Shown piece after piece: positions 37,271 through 50,530 of a DNA stretch of 64,000 nucleotides. Both the position numbers and the translations under genes were made by a program. This DNA is from Octopus bimaculoides (taxonomy: Eukaryota). Positions within the stretch are counted from its first letter, which is position 1, and each line of letters begins with the position of its first letter. The stretch is taken from contig NC_068983.1 in assembly GCF_001194135.2 (NCBI RefSeq), forward strand, positions 61,559,413 to 61,623,412, in the 5' to 3' direction. Under the pieces are notes generated by a model. That model was not told where the DNA came from. It saw only the letters and a program-made list of their open reading frames with translations, and did not search any database.

Positions 37271-38374
37271 TTAAATTACACTCGCATATATATACATTAT
37301 TTTTATGTAATCTATTTCTTTTACCATGTGTACTTAGATACACCACTCTCTCACCTATTCTAAACATTATTATTATTATCATTATTATTATTATTACTAT
37401 CGTCATCATAATTTCCTATTGCCAATCTGTAAGTTACTTTTTACTTTTTACTATTGATATTTGAAAACATCTCTTTTCAGAGTTATTTATTTTGAATTGT
37501 TATTATCTAATACCTGATTAGCCTGTTATAGCGTAACATGCCTCACGACTTTAGTATACGTACCTTATTAGTATTTCCTCCTATGTTCTATATACTCTGA
37601 GAACGCATTAAAACCCTTTTCGGAGCTACCTTATTTGAATTCTTACTATCGGGTACCTAATTTCCTGTTATGACATAACTAACTTCACAATTTGGGTATT
37701 CATAACTTATTGGAAATTCCTAAAAACAAGATCCTCTGTAAGACAATTGGGTATTCTCTGTAAATGCACAAAAACCATTTTAAGGGCTACATACTTTGTA
37801 TTGTTGGTATTGGATTAGCGAAACAATTATGAGAACGGAACCAAGGGATAAGCCCCGCTTTCCTGGGAATTACCGAGTACGTCAGCTAGTATATATATAT
37901 ATATATATATATTATATTTTACTTCTTGTGATAAATGCTTTATATGGAATGTTTCTTAAACATTTCTCGCTTATATTTTCAAACAACCGTTAGCCGTATC
38001 AGTTATTGTTCATACACAACTAGACTCAACACTGTCTTAGCATGTTTTTATCTTCCGTAAGTATATTATACATATCCGAATATATTATGTGGCACTCACT
38101 CTATCTAATCTTCTGTAACAATATAATATTCTGATGTATTATTTTTTATGTATTCTTTTGTTCGCACTGAAGGGAACAGTAATATGTAAATGATTTAATT
38201 ATAATTATAATTAGATTAATTTCTAATTTTTTACCATGTTATTAGTATTACCGTTCAAAACAATCGTATGCATAGATGAAGTAAAAGAAAATTTTAACAC
38301 CTTCTTTGCTCCATCTTTAATTATTTTTTGAGTTTCTATAGAATACGAGTTCTATAAAGGCTGATAACATAACT

Positions 38375-38424
<50 letters not shown>

Positions 38425-38555
38425 CTACTAATTGTCGTTTAACAAATTTGTAATCCGGATTCCTTTTTCATTTCTTTTCAGTTAGAATTGGAGGCACGCC
38501 GACTTAGGCGTGATAATAAAACAAAAAGACGTTGTACAAAATCACTCTCCATCAA

Positions 38556-40330
38556 GATGGCTTCTGAAAAAAAAAACCGGAAAATATCGGATGAAAATAG
38601 GACATTTCAAGAATGTTGGGAAGATAGCTACTTTGTGATCCAAAGTCAAGCACGTTCAAGTGGGAAATGACAGATTCAGTATCTTATTTGCCTGCAGAAA
38701 TTGCCGTTCCCAAAGGGTACAATATCAAGCGTCACTACAATTCACAGCATCAAGACTTTGATAAGTTCGAAGGCAAATTAAGACATGATAAACTTTGTCA
38801 ACTGAAATCATCTCTATCACAACAGACACATATTTTCAACAAAGTGCACAAATCGCCAGAAGATGTTGTAAAGGCCAACTATGTAGTCAGTCAAATGATT
38901 GCATAGACATCACCCTTTTACTGAAGGTCAATTCGTGAAAGACTGTTTGGTGAATGTTGCCCAAATCCTCTGTTCAAAAAATATGAAAATCTTTTCTGAA
39001 ATTAGTCTTTCTGCTAACACAGTTGCTCGACGAATTACAGAAATGTCAACCAGTGTGGAGAAGCAGTTAATTTCATTATCTCAAAATTTTGATGTGTACT
39101 TCCTGGCACTTGATGAGAGTACTGGTATGTGTAACACTGCATTTTGTGCAATTTTCATTCGTGGCATTGACAAAGACCTCAAAGTGATCGAAGAACCTTT
39201 CGACTTAGTCCCATTGAAAGACACGACAACAGGAAGAGATGTTTTTAAAGCGTTGGAAAGTACCGTCAAAGGTGCTGGTTTGAAGTGGGAGAAGCTTGTG
39301 TCCGTAGCAACTGATGGAGCACCTGCAATGTGTTCTGAAAACTGGGGTGATTGGCTTAGTTAAGCAAAGCAACTTGAACTTGGCTATCAACCTGTTGTAC
39401 CTGTTCATTGCCTGATTCATCAAGAGGCCATCTGTGGAAAAACAGTGAAGCTACGAAATGTCATAGATGTTGTGGTAAAAATCGTAAATATCATCAGAGT
39501 ACGCAGTTTGAATCATCGCCAATTAAGACCTTCCTGGAGAAAATGGATAGTATAAATGGAGTACTGCTTTATCACTCTGAGGTACGCTGGCTAAGTCGGG
39601 GTAATGTTTTGGAGAGATTCTTTGCACTTAGGGAAGAAATAGATATGTTCATGGCCACGAAGCCAACAGATGTTCCAGAATTGGGTGATGATGATTTTTG
39701 TACATGTTTGGCTTTCCTTGTTGACACCACCAAGCACCTGAATACACTCATTTTGAAACACCAAGGTGAGTCAAACATGATTATGCTAATGAGTGACAAC
39801 ATCACTGCTTTGAAAATGAGACTAAGTCTGTGGGAGAAACAATTACTACTAAAAAACTTTGACCATTTCTCATCGCTGAAAACGTTGAATTCAGTAGATT
39901 GTGATGCATCACAGGAGTGTGTGGAATTTATCAACAAACTGCAGAGGGAATTTGACAGACAGTTCAAAGAGTTGAAGGAAATGAAGCCACAGCTTGATGT
40001 GTTTTCGAAACCCTTTGCTGTTGATGTTAATGATGTTCCTTTCTCTATTCAAATTAGATCTATTTACATCACATGTGATTCAGCATTAAAACAAAAGTTT
40101 TCATACATTGGAATTCTTCAGTTCTACACCTATGTTGACCCTGTGAATTATCCAAACGTCATATGTTTGTTTAAAAAAAGTGTTGTGTATGTTTGGAAGC
40201 ACATATGTGTGTGAGAAGTTTTTTCAACTTTAAAATTGAATAAGACTTACCTGCGTTCCATGCCGATAGATGAACATTTAAAATCATCCTTGACAATAAC
40301 CAGAACAATAATGCATGGAATTTCCAAGAT
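38556..40330 (+). mobile_element. hAT (Buster/SPIN/GTF2IRD2-like) transposase, near full length, frameshifted
   Basis: MASEKKNRKISDENRTFQECW, GYNIKRHY, PFTEGQFVKDCL, ISLSANTVARRI, LALDEST, VATDGAPAM, HCLIHQE, YHSEVRWLSRG, C-terminal STxxCE/FSTLK-like dimerization region; TIRs not found. Confidence 0.92.
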
Positions 40331-40374
40331 GGTTAAGAAAAGTAACCAGTAGTTTTGAACAGAGAGTACATTAC

Positions 40375-40407
<33 letters not shown>

Positions 40408-41274
40408 NNNNNNNNNNATATATATATATATATGTATGTATTATATGCCATAAATATGTCTAACCATCATTGTCATCAGTTGTTGAGGAATAAATATGCT
40501 GTCTTTGCTTGAGAATCGAATTCTGGCGTCTTGATTTATGATCTGTTACTATGGAAATAATGGGAATCAGCATCAGGTATAGCTTTTTGTTTTTTGAAAG
40601 AATTCCAAGCACACGCAGAATAAATTCTGTAGTCCTTTAAGACCCCCACCGGCATGAGGTGTGGCCCTTGAGTCATTTGAATTGGAAACCTCTGCTTTAG
40701 ACAATGTGTTCTTAGGTTCTTTGCAAATAGGTAAAAACAAAGACAAAAACAAAGAAGCCAGACGATCATTTTTGGAACGTTTTAGGTCATATGTCTGCCC
40801 ATCTGGAGCTAACCACTACCACCACCACCACGAACAACATCAACAACATCAACCACATGTTACTACCTACTGTTGTGGGAGCTAGACAACAACAACGACT
40901 TGAAATGAAAAACAATAATAATAATAACATTAAATACCTTTACTTCTGTATTTTAATAAGGTATTAGTTATCCAGGAATGTGGTGCCTTGCAGTGACTGT
41001 GTAATAAATGGCTATGGTGACTGGAAAAAATGTCAAGTTGAATAGCAAATGATTGTGCATGTATTTATGCAGTAACAATAAAGTAAAAGCGAATTTTAAA
41101 GTAATCTAAGATTAACGTATTGACTGAGATATTTGACTGACTGGATAAAAAAAAAATCATTTGTAACCGTAACAAACATCTGTTGCTTTCCTCTTATAAT
41201 TTCCTTTAACACAAATCTGATAGCACGATTCTTATCAGCAATCAATGCGAGCTACTCTGCCATTTGTTATATAT

Positions 41275-41275
41275 G

Positions 41276-41307
<32 letters not shown>

Positions 41308-41497
41308 TGTATGTATGTATGTATGTATGTATGTATGTATATGACTTCTTGATAGTATCTTTCTGCTTTTAAATATGCTCGTAAATATATTGTCAGATTC
41401 ATAATCAACCTCATTTTCAAAGTAAAAATAAGAAAACAAAAGTCTTGTAACTTCGACTGATACATACATACATACATACATACATACATACATACAT
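41275..41497. repeat. (TATG)n at 41275-41342 and inverted (TACA)n at 41459-41497
   Basis: Directly visible. Confidence 0.95.
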
Positions 41498-42245
41498 GCA
41501 AGAACAAAAGATATCAACCACATACCTGATGCACAAAAGGGACAGAGATGCTGGAAAAGCGGCAAAATGTGAGAATCGATGCAAACTTTGTGGAGTCAAC
41601 ACCAAAGATATCACCCACATCATAAGCATTTGTTCGAAAATGTCATCACGGTGTTATCTACAAATGAGACATGATGTGGTAGCTGGGACACTGAATAATG
41701 AGATCTGTCGGAAGGATAACTCCGAGGACAAAGAAATAGGAACCCACGATATGGTGAAAGTCATAGCCACTCAATAAAAAGGAGTGCTGGTGAAATATCC
41801 CAGTGAAAACCTCAATGAAATATAGGCACAGTAGACCTGATATAATGATTTGGGATAGAGTAAAGAAACTGTACAGTTTAGAAATCAGCTATTCAGCGGA
41901 TGTTAACATAAAGCTAAAGATCTGCGGAAAGAATACCTAAGCTGAACTATTGAGAAATCTGCAGTTACTCTATCCAGATTACAAGTTTAGGTTTATACCT
42001 GTAATTTTGGGGGCACTGGGATATGTAACACACTGCCTAAATACCAACCTTGAGAAATTTGGCTTCTCGAAAGGAAAAAGCTGATTCTAAGACTACAAAT
42101 TCAAGCCATCATTGAAGCTGTAAAAATCTGTGAAAAATAACAGAAGTTTATCATTTAAATATATATGAGCATGTCTAGATATGCAACTATATGCATGAAA
42201 ATATATACATTAAACAAAATATACGAATCTGCACATATACATACA
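41497..42245 (+). mobile_element. 5'-truncated R4/Dong-like LINE, TACA family, RLE domain and 3' UTR
   Basis: QEQKISTTYLMHKRDRD...CKLCGVNTKDITHIISIC...RHDVVA...RPDIMIW...FIPVILGALG; aligns with 8400-9090 (minus). Confidence 0.9.
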
Positions 42246-42949
42246 TGGATAGATAGATAGATAGATAGATACATACATACATACATACATACATACATAC
42301 AGACAGACATTCGCACACGTGGCGTTTAAATTCGGTCGTTTTGGTGCAGAGGACTATTTTTGCGTGCTATCGAAACGTACGTAGGTTTTTTACTTTTAAT
42401 TTAAGCTCTGTAAAAATAGTATCTTCCCGCCAAAAGCTTCGACCATCTCGAACAAAGCAGTTGGTTACCTTCTTTGGATACATGCAGAGAAGCGGCTTTT
42501 TACAAAAGATTGTAGCTTTAATCACACGGTAACATTGGACTGATGAACAACAGCACATTACTACAATATGTGACATGGCATGACATGAAACCAGGATCAG
42601 CACTCGCCAGTTGTTGAACTATGAAGAAAATTACCAGTAGACTTTTGAGATGAATAAGTGTCTGTAATAATTCAATGAATAAGTTTGGAGAGATTTCTTG
42701 ATCGGCAACATGAACAGCATGAGGAGGTGCTCGGATATAAAAAAGCTAACTTTTTATATATTTCAGTGTGAAGTTATTTTGCCAGCATGCTATGTTCGTT
42801 GAAAAGAAATACAGCTCTAACTAGCAAAACCAACCATCGAAACACGCACAATGAACAGCATTAGCAGTTTGATAGATTTTGTTCTCGAGAAAAATACTAA
42901 AGGTATGAACCACGATTAAAAACCAAAGCAATAATCATAATGCAGATAG

Positions 42950-44420
42950 GATTGCTGCCAATACATGGAGATAAGAACAGCTTACGAACATAAATCAATG
43001 ACAGTTATAAGCAGCTCCAAACGCAGCCACTAAATTAAAGAACTATTATGACACGAGTTGATAGACTTGCTGACTGGATGTTATCTATAATCGATCAAGT
43101 TGCTAAATAACACCCAAAACAAATTGAAACTTCCCAGGCTTGGGGCATGTCTTAGTGTTACAATTACCATCCGTCAACAGATGGAATTAACCGACATCGA
43201 TCGAAATGATAAGAAGCAACCAAAAAGAAATGGATTGGTTCTCTCGAAAAGAACATCGGTAAACTATGAGAAAGCATTGGATGTTTGGATATTATCACTG
43301 GATGTAATGTGAATAATAAACCCACGACCCAATATAGATATTGGTTCGTAGGTTTATTATTCACATAACATCCATTACAACTTTAAAAGAGATTGTCCAA
43401 AATCTACAGATCGCACTTAAATATGAACTACGAGCAGTACATAAAAAGCTTTGTTATCTATGAAATTACAAGAATCTAAGACTATCAGCTGTAAGTTTGC
43501 ATTAAAATCACAAACTGTATATAATAGCATGAAAGACCACACCATCGACGTTGTAAATGTTACTTACAGGATGATTTTGAGTGTGGTGATGATGGTGGGT
43601 TGATAATATGGACAATTGAGTTTCACAAGGAATATCTCTCCTAAAACATAACATCGCCAGTGAAACTCTCCTGTTATTGCAAAAGTATCGAATAGAAAAT
43701 TACCTGGGAGAAACTTGGTCAGAAATTGATACAGGAAGCTAACGTTTTACTTGGAAGGAAGCCCAAGCTAGTCTGTTGACAAAACAATGGATGTTGAGCT
43801 CTGACAGTTGCACAGGCGACACTCCTGCAAAAGAAACAAGGGGCATATGACCAAAAATTATAAAATGCTACATATAAATTGTTAAATTGTACACAGGTTA
43901 CTGAAGTATATTTCTCTAAGATCTCTATGAAATAATGTAGTGACTGGTGAGCAGGCAGGAAGAAAGGAATTTATTGATCTACTGAAGAAGTTCTCATCAG
44001 CAAAGATGTCTTTAAGGATGCAAAGTAGTATCATCGAAGTCTGTGTTTAGGACTAAATTATAAGAAAGCGTTTGACTATGCTTGAGTCAACTATGTCTCA
44101 CTCATAGATGCTTGAGTCCACAATGTTATTCATTCCTAGATGCTTGAGTCCACTATGCTATAGACGATACTGTTAAAAGACAAACATCGTTGTCCATACA
44201 GTTACTACAAAGAATTCAAGAAACTAATGCTGTCACAAACAAAATTAGGCTATCGACGAGGATATTCCAGGGTGATAGCTTGTTTGGGATACTGATCGTC
44301 TTAATAGTTTGTTCTTGTCAGCCCTGTTGAGGAAATGTCAAGTTGCATGCTAGGATCTGCAAAAAAAAAAAGAAAAAAAAAGAAAGAAAATGAACGCTTC
44401 CATATCACTTTTTAGAAGAT
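42950..44420 (+). mobile_element. Decayed R4/Dong-like LINE, N-terminal ORF to RT
   Basis: KKWIGSLEKNIGKL, GEQAG, TEEVLI, LNYKKAFD, RIFQGDSL; many frameshifts. Confidence 0.6.
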
Positions 44421-44636
44421 GCTCTTCAGCTGCATTTAAAGTAATATTCATGATATTGCGAGACAGTTGGCTACAGCAGGGTTGGGATATAGGAAAGGTT
44501 TTAAGTTAGGATAAATATTTATATTTAGTAGTCAATAGCTGGAAGCCTATTGAACAGTGAAAATATGCAATAGCTTGCTTTGTCTCCCCTGTTTCCAAAG
44601 AAGAATGCTAAAGATATTTTGGAGTAACAAGGGAAT

Positions 44637-44792
44637 ATTATTTACATTATTTACATTATTTACATTCGACGGATATTTGTCCTCATCTTGTTTGTTGTTA
44701 ACACAACGTTTCGGCTGATATAACCTCCAGGCTTCTTCAGGTGTCTTGGGGAAATTTTGAACCTGGGTTCCCATTCCTAAGGTATTTTTCGA

Positions 44793-44835
<43 letters not shown>

Positions 44836-44913
44836 GTTCAGGTCACTGCTTGGAATCGAACTCGGAATTTTGGGGTTAGTAGCCTGCGCTCTTAACCACT
44901 AAGCCATATGCCC
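44637..44913 (-). mobile_element. tRNA-derived SINE with (AAT)n spacer, hammerhead-like module and (ATGTAAATA)n tail
   Basis: A-box TGGCTTAGTGG (44896-44906), B-box GAGTTCGATTCC (44852-44863), tail repeats 44637-44666; partial second copy at 50531-50660. Confidence 0.85.
44700..44745 (-). ncRNA. Minimal type I hammerhead ribozyme motif (dimer type, PLE-associated class), one stem II mismatch
   Basis: GACAC-CUGAAGA-A-GCCUG(GAGGUUAUAU)CAGCC-GAAA-CG-UU-GUGUU: stem I GACAC/GUGUU, core CUGANGA and GAAA, palindromic ACGU in place of stem III. Confidence 0.6.
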
Positions 44914-45199
44914 GTAGGCAGGGCCTTATTTAGTGTATTGTTAATCAAAAAGTTGAAAATCGCTGTGTTAGAGATGTTAATACTATTGGTGACGTAAATC
45001 GTCTGCAGTCTATTTAAGTATAAGCAAACTTCAGATCGAGTCTTGGCCTCATAAGCCACACAATGCTAATAGTATGGTGATTTCCTACCAATACAACCCG
45101 ATCCACCCACAATCTCACACATCTCTTTAACTCTCTACATCAATGTAAGCCCTTTTACATATCCCTGATCAAGATACATGCACTCCAAATTCTCATTAT

Positions 45200-45420
45200 T
45201 TTTTTCCAAGCGCAACCTGTACGAAACTATCACCCTCTCTCCACCAAATGCGTCATACTTGAGGAAGATGTGAGTGAAGAGGAAGGTGCCCAGTACTACT
45301 AAATTTGCTGAAAGATGGGTAAGTGTAACAAATGTTGCTACAATATGCAATGTGTATTTTTGAAAGGGGTAGGAGGCGCTTAAGGAGGAGATTTTGCTGT
45401 TATTTCTAGCCAGTTGATGG
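45200..45420 (+). mobile_element. L1/Tx1-like ORF2 3' end
   Basis: KM*VKRKVPSTTKFAERWVSVTNVA, resembling the Tx1-type terminal FxERWV motif. Confidence 0.45.
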
Positions 45421-46053
45421 ATCATATAAATATTCCTTCCTTGGCGCAGTTAGTTATGTTAATGAGTGTTTAAGAAAGCATTAGAAAAAATCAGGCAATG
45501 AAAAATACAATTAAATTTATTTTCTGCAAATTCAACCTACAAGCAGTATAGGAGAAATATTTTAAAAGTCAAGATGTAATTCTATACTTTCGTTGATACT
45601 TAAATTCCAGAGATGGAGTTTTGTTTCTTAGAAACCGATTCCTTCTATATTGGAACAAATCAAAGAATTAAAAGAAGAGAGGTGAGTCTACTATTATGAA
45701 GGTTTAAAGGAAGAACTCGTCTTCATGCAGTCGATTTAGAAGAAATCAGCTTGTTCTAACAAAACTACCAGATCTTTGTACTAACATGTGGGGCCAAAAT
45801 CAACTGAAGAACAGAAGCGTAGACATATTGCAGTGCAGTGTGAGGAAACGAATCACAGATCTTTTGAGTGCAGTTCTATTAACCTATACACCTGGCATTC
45901 TTCGTTCTCAAAACATGCTAAAAATATTCTTTCAAAAGTAGCACCATATATTCTGCAATCCAGATTCTCTTGACTTCTTCCTTCAAGAGTATCGAATGAA
46001 ATAGAACCATAAAGATTAAGAAGTTCTCAGATGGAACAATAAACTATATATAC

Positions 46054-46093
<40 letters not shown>

Positions 46094-46116
46094 GTGTGTA
46101 TGTGTGCGTGTGTGTA

Positions 46117-46151
<35 letters not shown>

Positions 46152-46710
46152 ATATATATANNNNNNNNNNNNNNNNNNNNNNNNNNNNNNNNNNNNNNNN
46201 NNNNNNNNNNNNNNNNNNNNNNNNNNNNNNNNNNNNNNNNNNNNNNNNNNNNNNNNNNNNNNNNNNNNNNNNNNNNNNNNNNNNNNNNNNNNNNNNNNNN
46301 NNNNNNNNNNNNNNNNNNNNNNNNNNNNNNNNNNNNNNNNNNNNNNNNNNNNNNNNNNNNNNNNNNNNNNNNTCTTATATATATATATAAAACACTTAAT
46401 TTTCTTTAGAAAATTATGCAGAGTCGAAGAAATCAATAGACGTAGTGGAAGTAACAGCATGGAAAGTTCCGGAGTGGAATGTTGAAAATAAGAAATGGTA
46501 TTGAACGGGCATGGAGAGGGTAATATGTAATTGTTAAAATCGTCTTTTATTGATCCACGCACTTAAAAGATAAGTAATCGATATTATTCAGTAGTCCATT
46601 ATTGGGAAGAATTTTACGAGATATACGCCTCCAACTCTTTTAGCATTATTATCATTGCCCTACCTATTAACATTTAACTACGGATATCGTTACCGCCTCA
46701 AAAAACAACA

Positions 46711-47000
<290 letters not shown>

Positions 47001-47001
<1 letters not shown>

Positions 47002-48225
47002 GGAGAGTGGAGAATATCAGCAAGAGGATTTGAAAATAACCGAGGAAATGATCAGAGATCACTGCAAGAAGATTCCTAACTGGAGAGCGCCTGGCCCAGA
47101 TAGGGTTCAGGGCTTTTGGCTTAAAAACTTGACAGCTCTGCACAAGAGAATTGCAAGATAGATGGACGAAATACTGAGTAGCGACATCCAAGTACCGGCC
47201 TGAATGACAAAAGAAAGAACGGTACTATGCCAGAAAGACTCAAGTAAAGGGAATGCGGTTGGAAATTTCCGACCAATATCTTGTTTGCCACTGATGTGGA
47301 AACTGATGACGGCCATCATATCAAACAATATCTACTACCAGTGGAACAAAAAGGGTGTAGACGTAAGAACAGAGGAACGAAGGATCAACTACTAATCGAT
47401 AAGACTATCCTGTTTGACTGCAGGAAGACAGACAAAATATTTGGTGATGGCATAAGTGGACTACAGGAAAGCATATGACATGGTCCCACACTCGTGGATT
47501 ATTGAATGCCTTAAGCTGCTTAAGGTCTCCCACAATATCCTGAAGTTAATACAAAACTCAATGACAACGGGGCGAACTGAACTCACAGTACGGGGAGATA
47601 AGCTGAGAGAGGTAAATATCAAAAGAGGAATCTTTCAAGGGGACAGTCTGTCGCCTCTCCTATTTGTTGTCAGCATACTGCCACTAACGAGCGTTTTAAG
47701 AAAGATGCGTGTGGGGTACATGCTAGGCAGGGCGAAAGTAAACAACATGTGGCTTATGGATGAGATAAAGCTATTCGCTAAGACTGAGAAAGAAATTCAG
47801 AGTTTAACGGTAACTGGGCAGATGATTAGCAAAGACATTGGCATGGAATTTGGGATCGAGAAATGTGGTGCAATGATTCCCAAAAGGGGGAAAATCAGTA
47901 AAAGCCAAGGGATCAAGCTGGAAAGTAATGAAACCATAAAGGAAGTCAGAGAGGAAGGATAAGTACCTGGGTATCATTGAAAGAGATAAGATGAATGAAC
48001 ACAAGATGAAAGAAATGTACAGGAAAGAGTATTTGAGGAACAAAATTTGAACAAAATTTGGCAGGACAAGAAAATACACAGTCAGTTCTTGAAGAATTAA
48101 GATGAGATTGATTGGAATAGAACCTGGCAATGGCTGCAGAAAGGAGACTTAAAAGGGCCCACTGACGCATTAGTGTGCACCTCTCAAGAACAAGCTCTCA
48201 GAACAACCTATTCCAAATATCACGG
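47001..48225 (+). mobile_element. 5'-truncated R4/Dong-like LINE (TAA family), RT domain, internally deleted and 3'-truncated
   Basis: [87 protein letters not shown]. Confidence 0.93.
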
Positions 48226-48379
48226 ATTTTCTCTATTACCGTCATATCTAATCACCTTGAATCTCGCCAACCTCTATTTATTTGAGTCTAAGTCATCATC
48301 TTATCGTTGATAAAGATCTGCTGGTGCGATTTCCACAGACCTTCATCTCTTTATGATGGCTTTCTTTTTGTAAGGCCTG

Positions 48380-48800
48380 AGTCAGAGGTAAAAGGTGGTG
48401 TATTAGTTTTAGTGTTCTCATCTAATGCTTGAGGAGGAGATTTTTTTCTGTGGAGGTGATAATAACGGTGAATTTCTCCACCACGGCGCAAAAGGCTTTA
48501 ACGTGTATCGAATTCTCCCACACGAAACATTTGGGTTTTTCCTCTCTATAAATACCAGTATCTGCCCGCATTCCCTGAAACCGAAAAAGTTGGGAATGTG
48601 ATTGATTTTTGCTAGAGAAACCAGTATCTAAAAATCCATAAGAATTCCAGTCCTGTTGAGTTGTGGGATGTATTTCATACCCACAATCTCCCCATGCTCC
48701 AGAATGGCTAAAACACTTGCCGGATTTCGATGAATCGGTACTTTCTTGACTCAAATTCGAGCCATACTTTTACCCATATAATGGGAAGTCATTATAAAGG
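48380..48800 (-). mobile_element. L1/Tx1-like ORF1 remnant with zinc knuckle
   Basis: ARI*VKKVPI...VLAILEHGEIVG...HIPNF and PKCFVWENSIHVKAFC (C-X2-C-X4-H-X4-C with one C>W). Confidence 0.55.
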
Positions 48801-49889
48801 TCTGGAGTGTTCAAGTAATTGCTACCATTCTTCTGGTTTCTTGTTCGCTGATGCATACAGAAGCTACTTACTATACCTTACTTTTTCCTTTCTATATGTG
48901 TAGCACTGACGGCCACATTTTAGAGGTATTTTTCAGTCTCTGCCAGAGTAGGAAATTTAAGTTTCCTCTTCTTGTGAGAAAGCATTTATACACAATAGTG
49001 TTTCGTTCAGAGTTAGTTTTTCCCTCCTCACTAAGCGACAATGTAATTTTTCTACTGGAGGGTCTCTCCTTTCAGACCTTGCACCGAATGCACGATTCAC
49101 TGACTAACTATCCTCGAAAAAGATAGAATTGCTCTCGTGGCTTTATATATTGTTATTGTTGTTTTCCATATAGGTTTTGTTGTTAATACTAATGTCGTCC
49201 ATGTTACTGTTGGTGACTACATTCTTGTTTCCGTTCACGTTGTCGCTGTTGTTGTTGCCGAAGCTGTTGTTTTACTGTTTTTGCTGCTGTTGGTACCTCT
49301 GCTGCTACTGCTGATACTGTTGTACACATTGTCCCTACTGTTGTTATTGTTATTGTTGTTATTGTCACTGCCATTGCTGCGGCTTGTACTGTTGTAGGTA
49401 TTGCGGTCGTCATAGCAACAAGACTAAATTCCATTACCTTGATTCAATAAATTTATTTGAGCCAACTCAACTACCATTCACATTATGTTCCGTTGTCATG
49501 GTTATATTGGGCATCAAAACTGGATCACTGAAGACTGTCCATAGTCGGCTATTATTATTTTGTATTCCAACATTTTTTTAAATCGGAAAAAATACGAAAT
49601 CCTTATTTTCATAAAAAATGCAAAATAACATTGAATTTCTATCCGAAAAAAAGGGGTGTTATGAACAGAACTGCTGCTACCGTGAGCTAGACAACACCAG
49701 CGAAATAGTTATCACAAAATAATTGACTGGACAGGCCACAATAAGTCGAAACGATTGTTAAAACTCTCAAAACTCATGATGCTCCGAGTTTCCATGACTT
49801 TACAACAGCAGCAGCAGCAACAACAACAACGACGACGACGACAACAGAATCTATAACAACAATAATGATAATAATGGCGATAATAATAG

Positions 49890-50093
49890 CTTCAAATTTC
49901 GGCACAAGGACAGCAATTTTGGGGAAGTGGGATAGTCGATTACATCGATCCCAGTGCTCAACAGGAACTTATTTTATCGACCCTAAAAGGATGAAAAGCA
50001 AAGTCGACCTAGGTGAAACTGGAACCCAGAGATAGACGAAATGCTGTTAAACAATTTGCCCAGCGCGGTAACGATTCTTGCACTTCGCCGCCT

Positions 50094-50126
<33 letters not shown>

Positions 50127-50240
50127 CAACGATGATGACGATGATGATGATGATGATAATAATAATAATAGTTCTTTCTACTACTGGCACAGAGCCTGAA
50201 ATTTTTGGGGAAATGGCTAGTCGATTACATTAACTTCAGC
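49890..50240 (-). mobile_element. OR1-like SINE copies around a (GAT/AAT)n tract
   Basis: TTTATCGACCCTAAAAGGATGAAAAGCAAAGTCGACCT...CTTCGCCGCCTT, plus a second tail fragment at ~50172-50240. Confidence 0.8.
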
Positions 50241-50530
50241 GCTTAGTATTTTGTCAAGCACAGTAGCGTATATATAATGTAAACATGTAGTGTAAACGTT
50301 TCAAACTATTTTTCCAAATCCTTCTGCATTTTACATTGAACTTTTGGTACTCCAAAATCGTCTTGGTGTATAGGTCGTCCAACCATTTTTGATAAATTTC
50401 GGTCTAAAAAATTCGACTTGTATACCGGAAAATACGGTAGATAATACGAAAAGAAGCAAACTTGGACTGCCTTTGATCATAAGTCTGCTCAACCCATGTT
50501 GACCTGGGACTGAACAACTAATTAACAAAC

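Noticed and set aside
49720-49760. CTGGACAGGC...GTCGAAACGATTG hammerhead-like stretch
   Set aside because: The core deviates from CUGANGA and there is no stem I pairing
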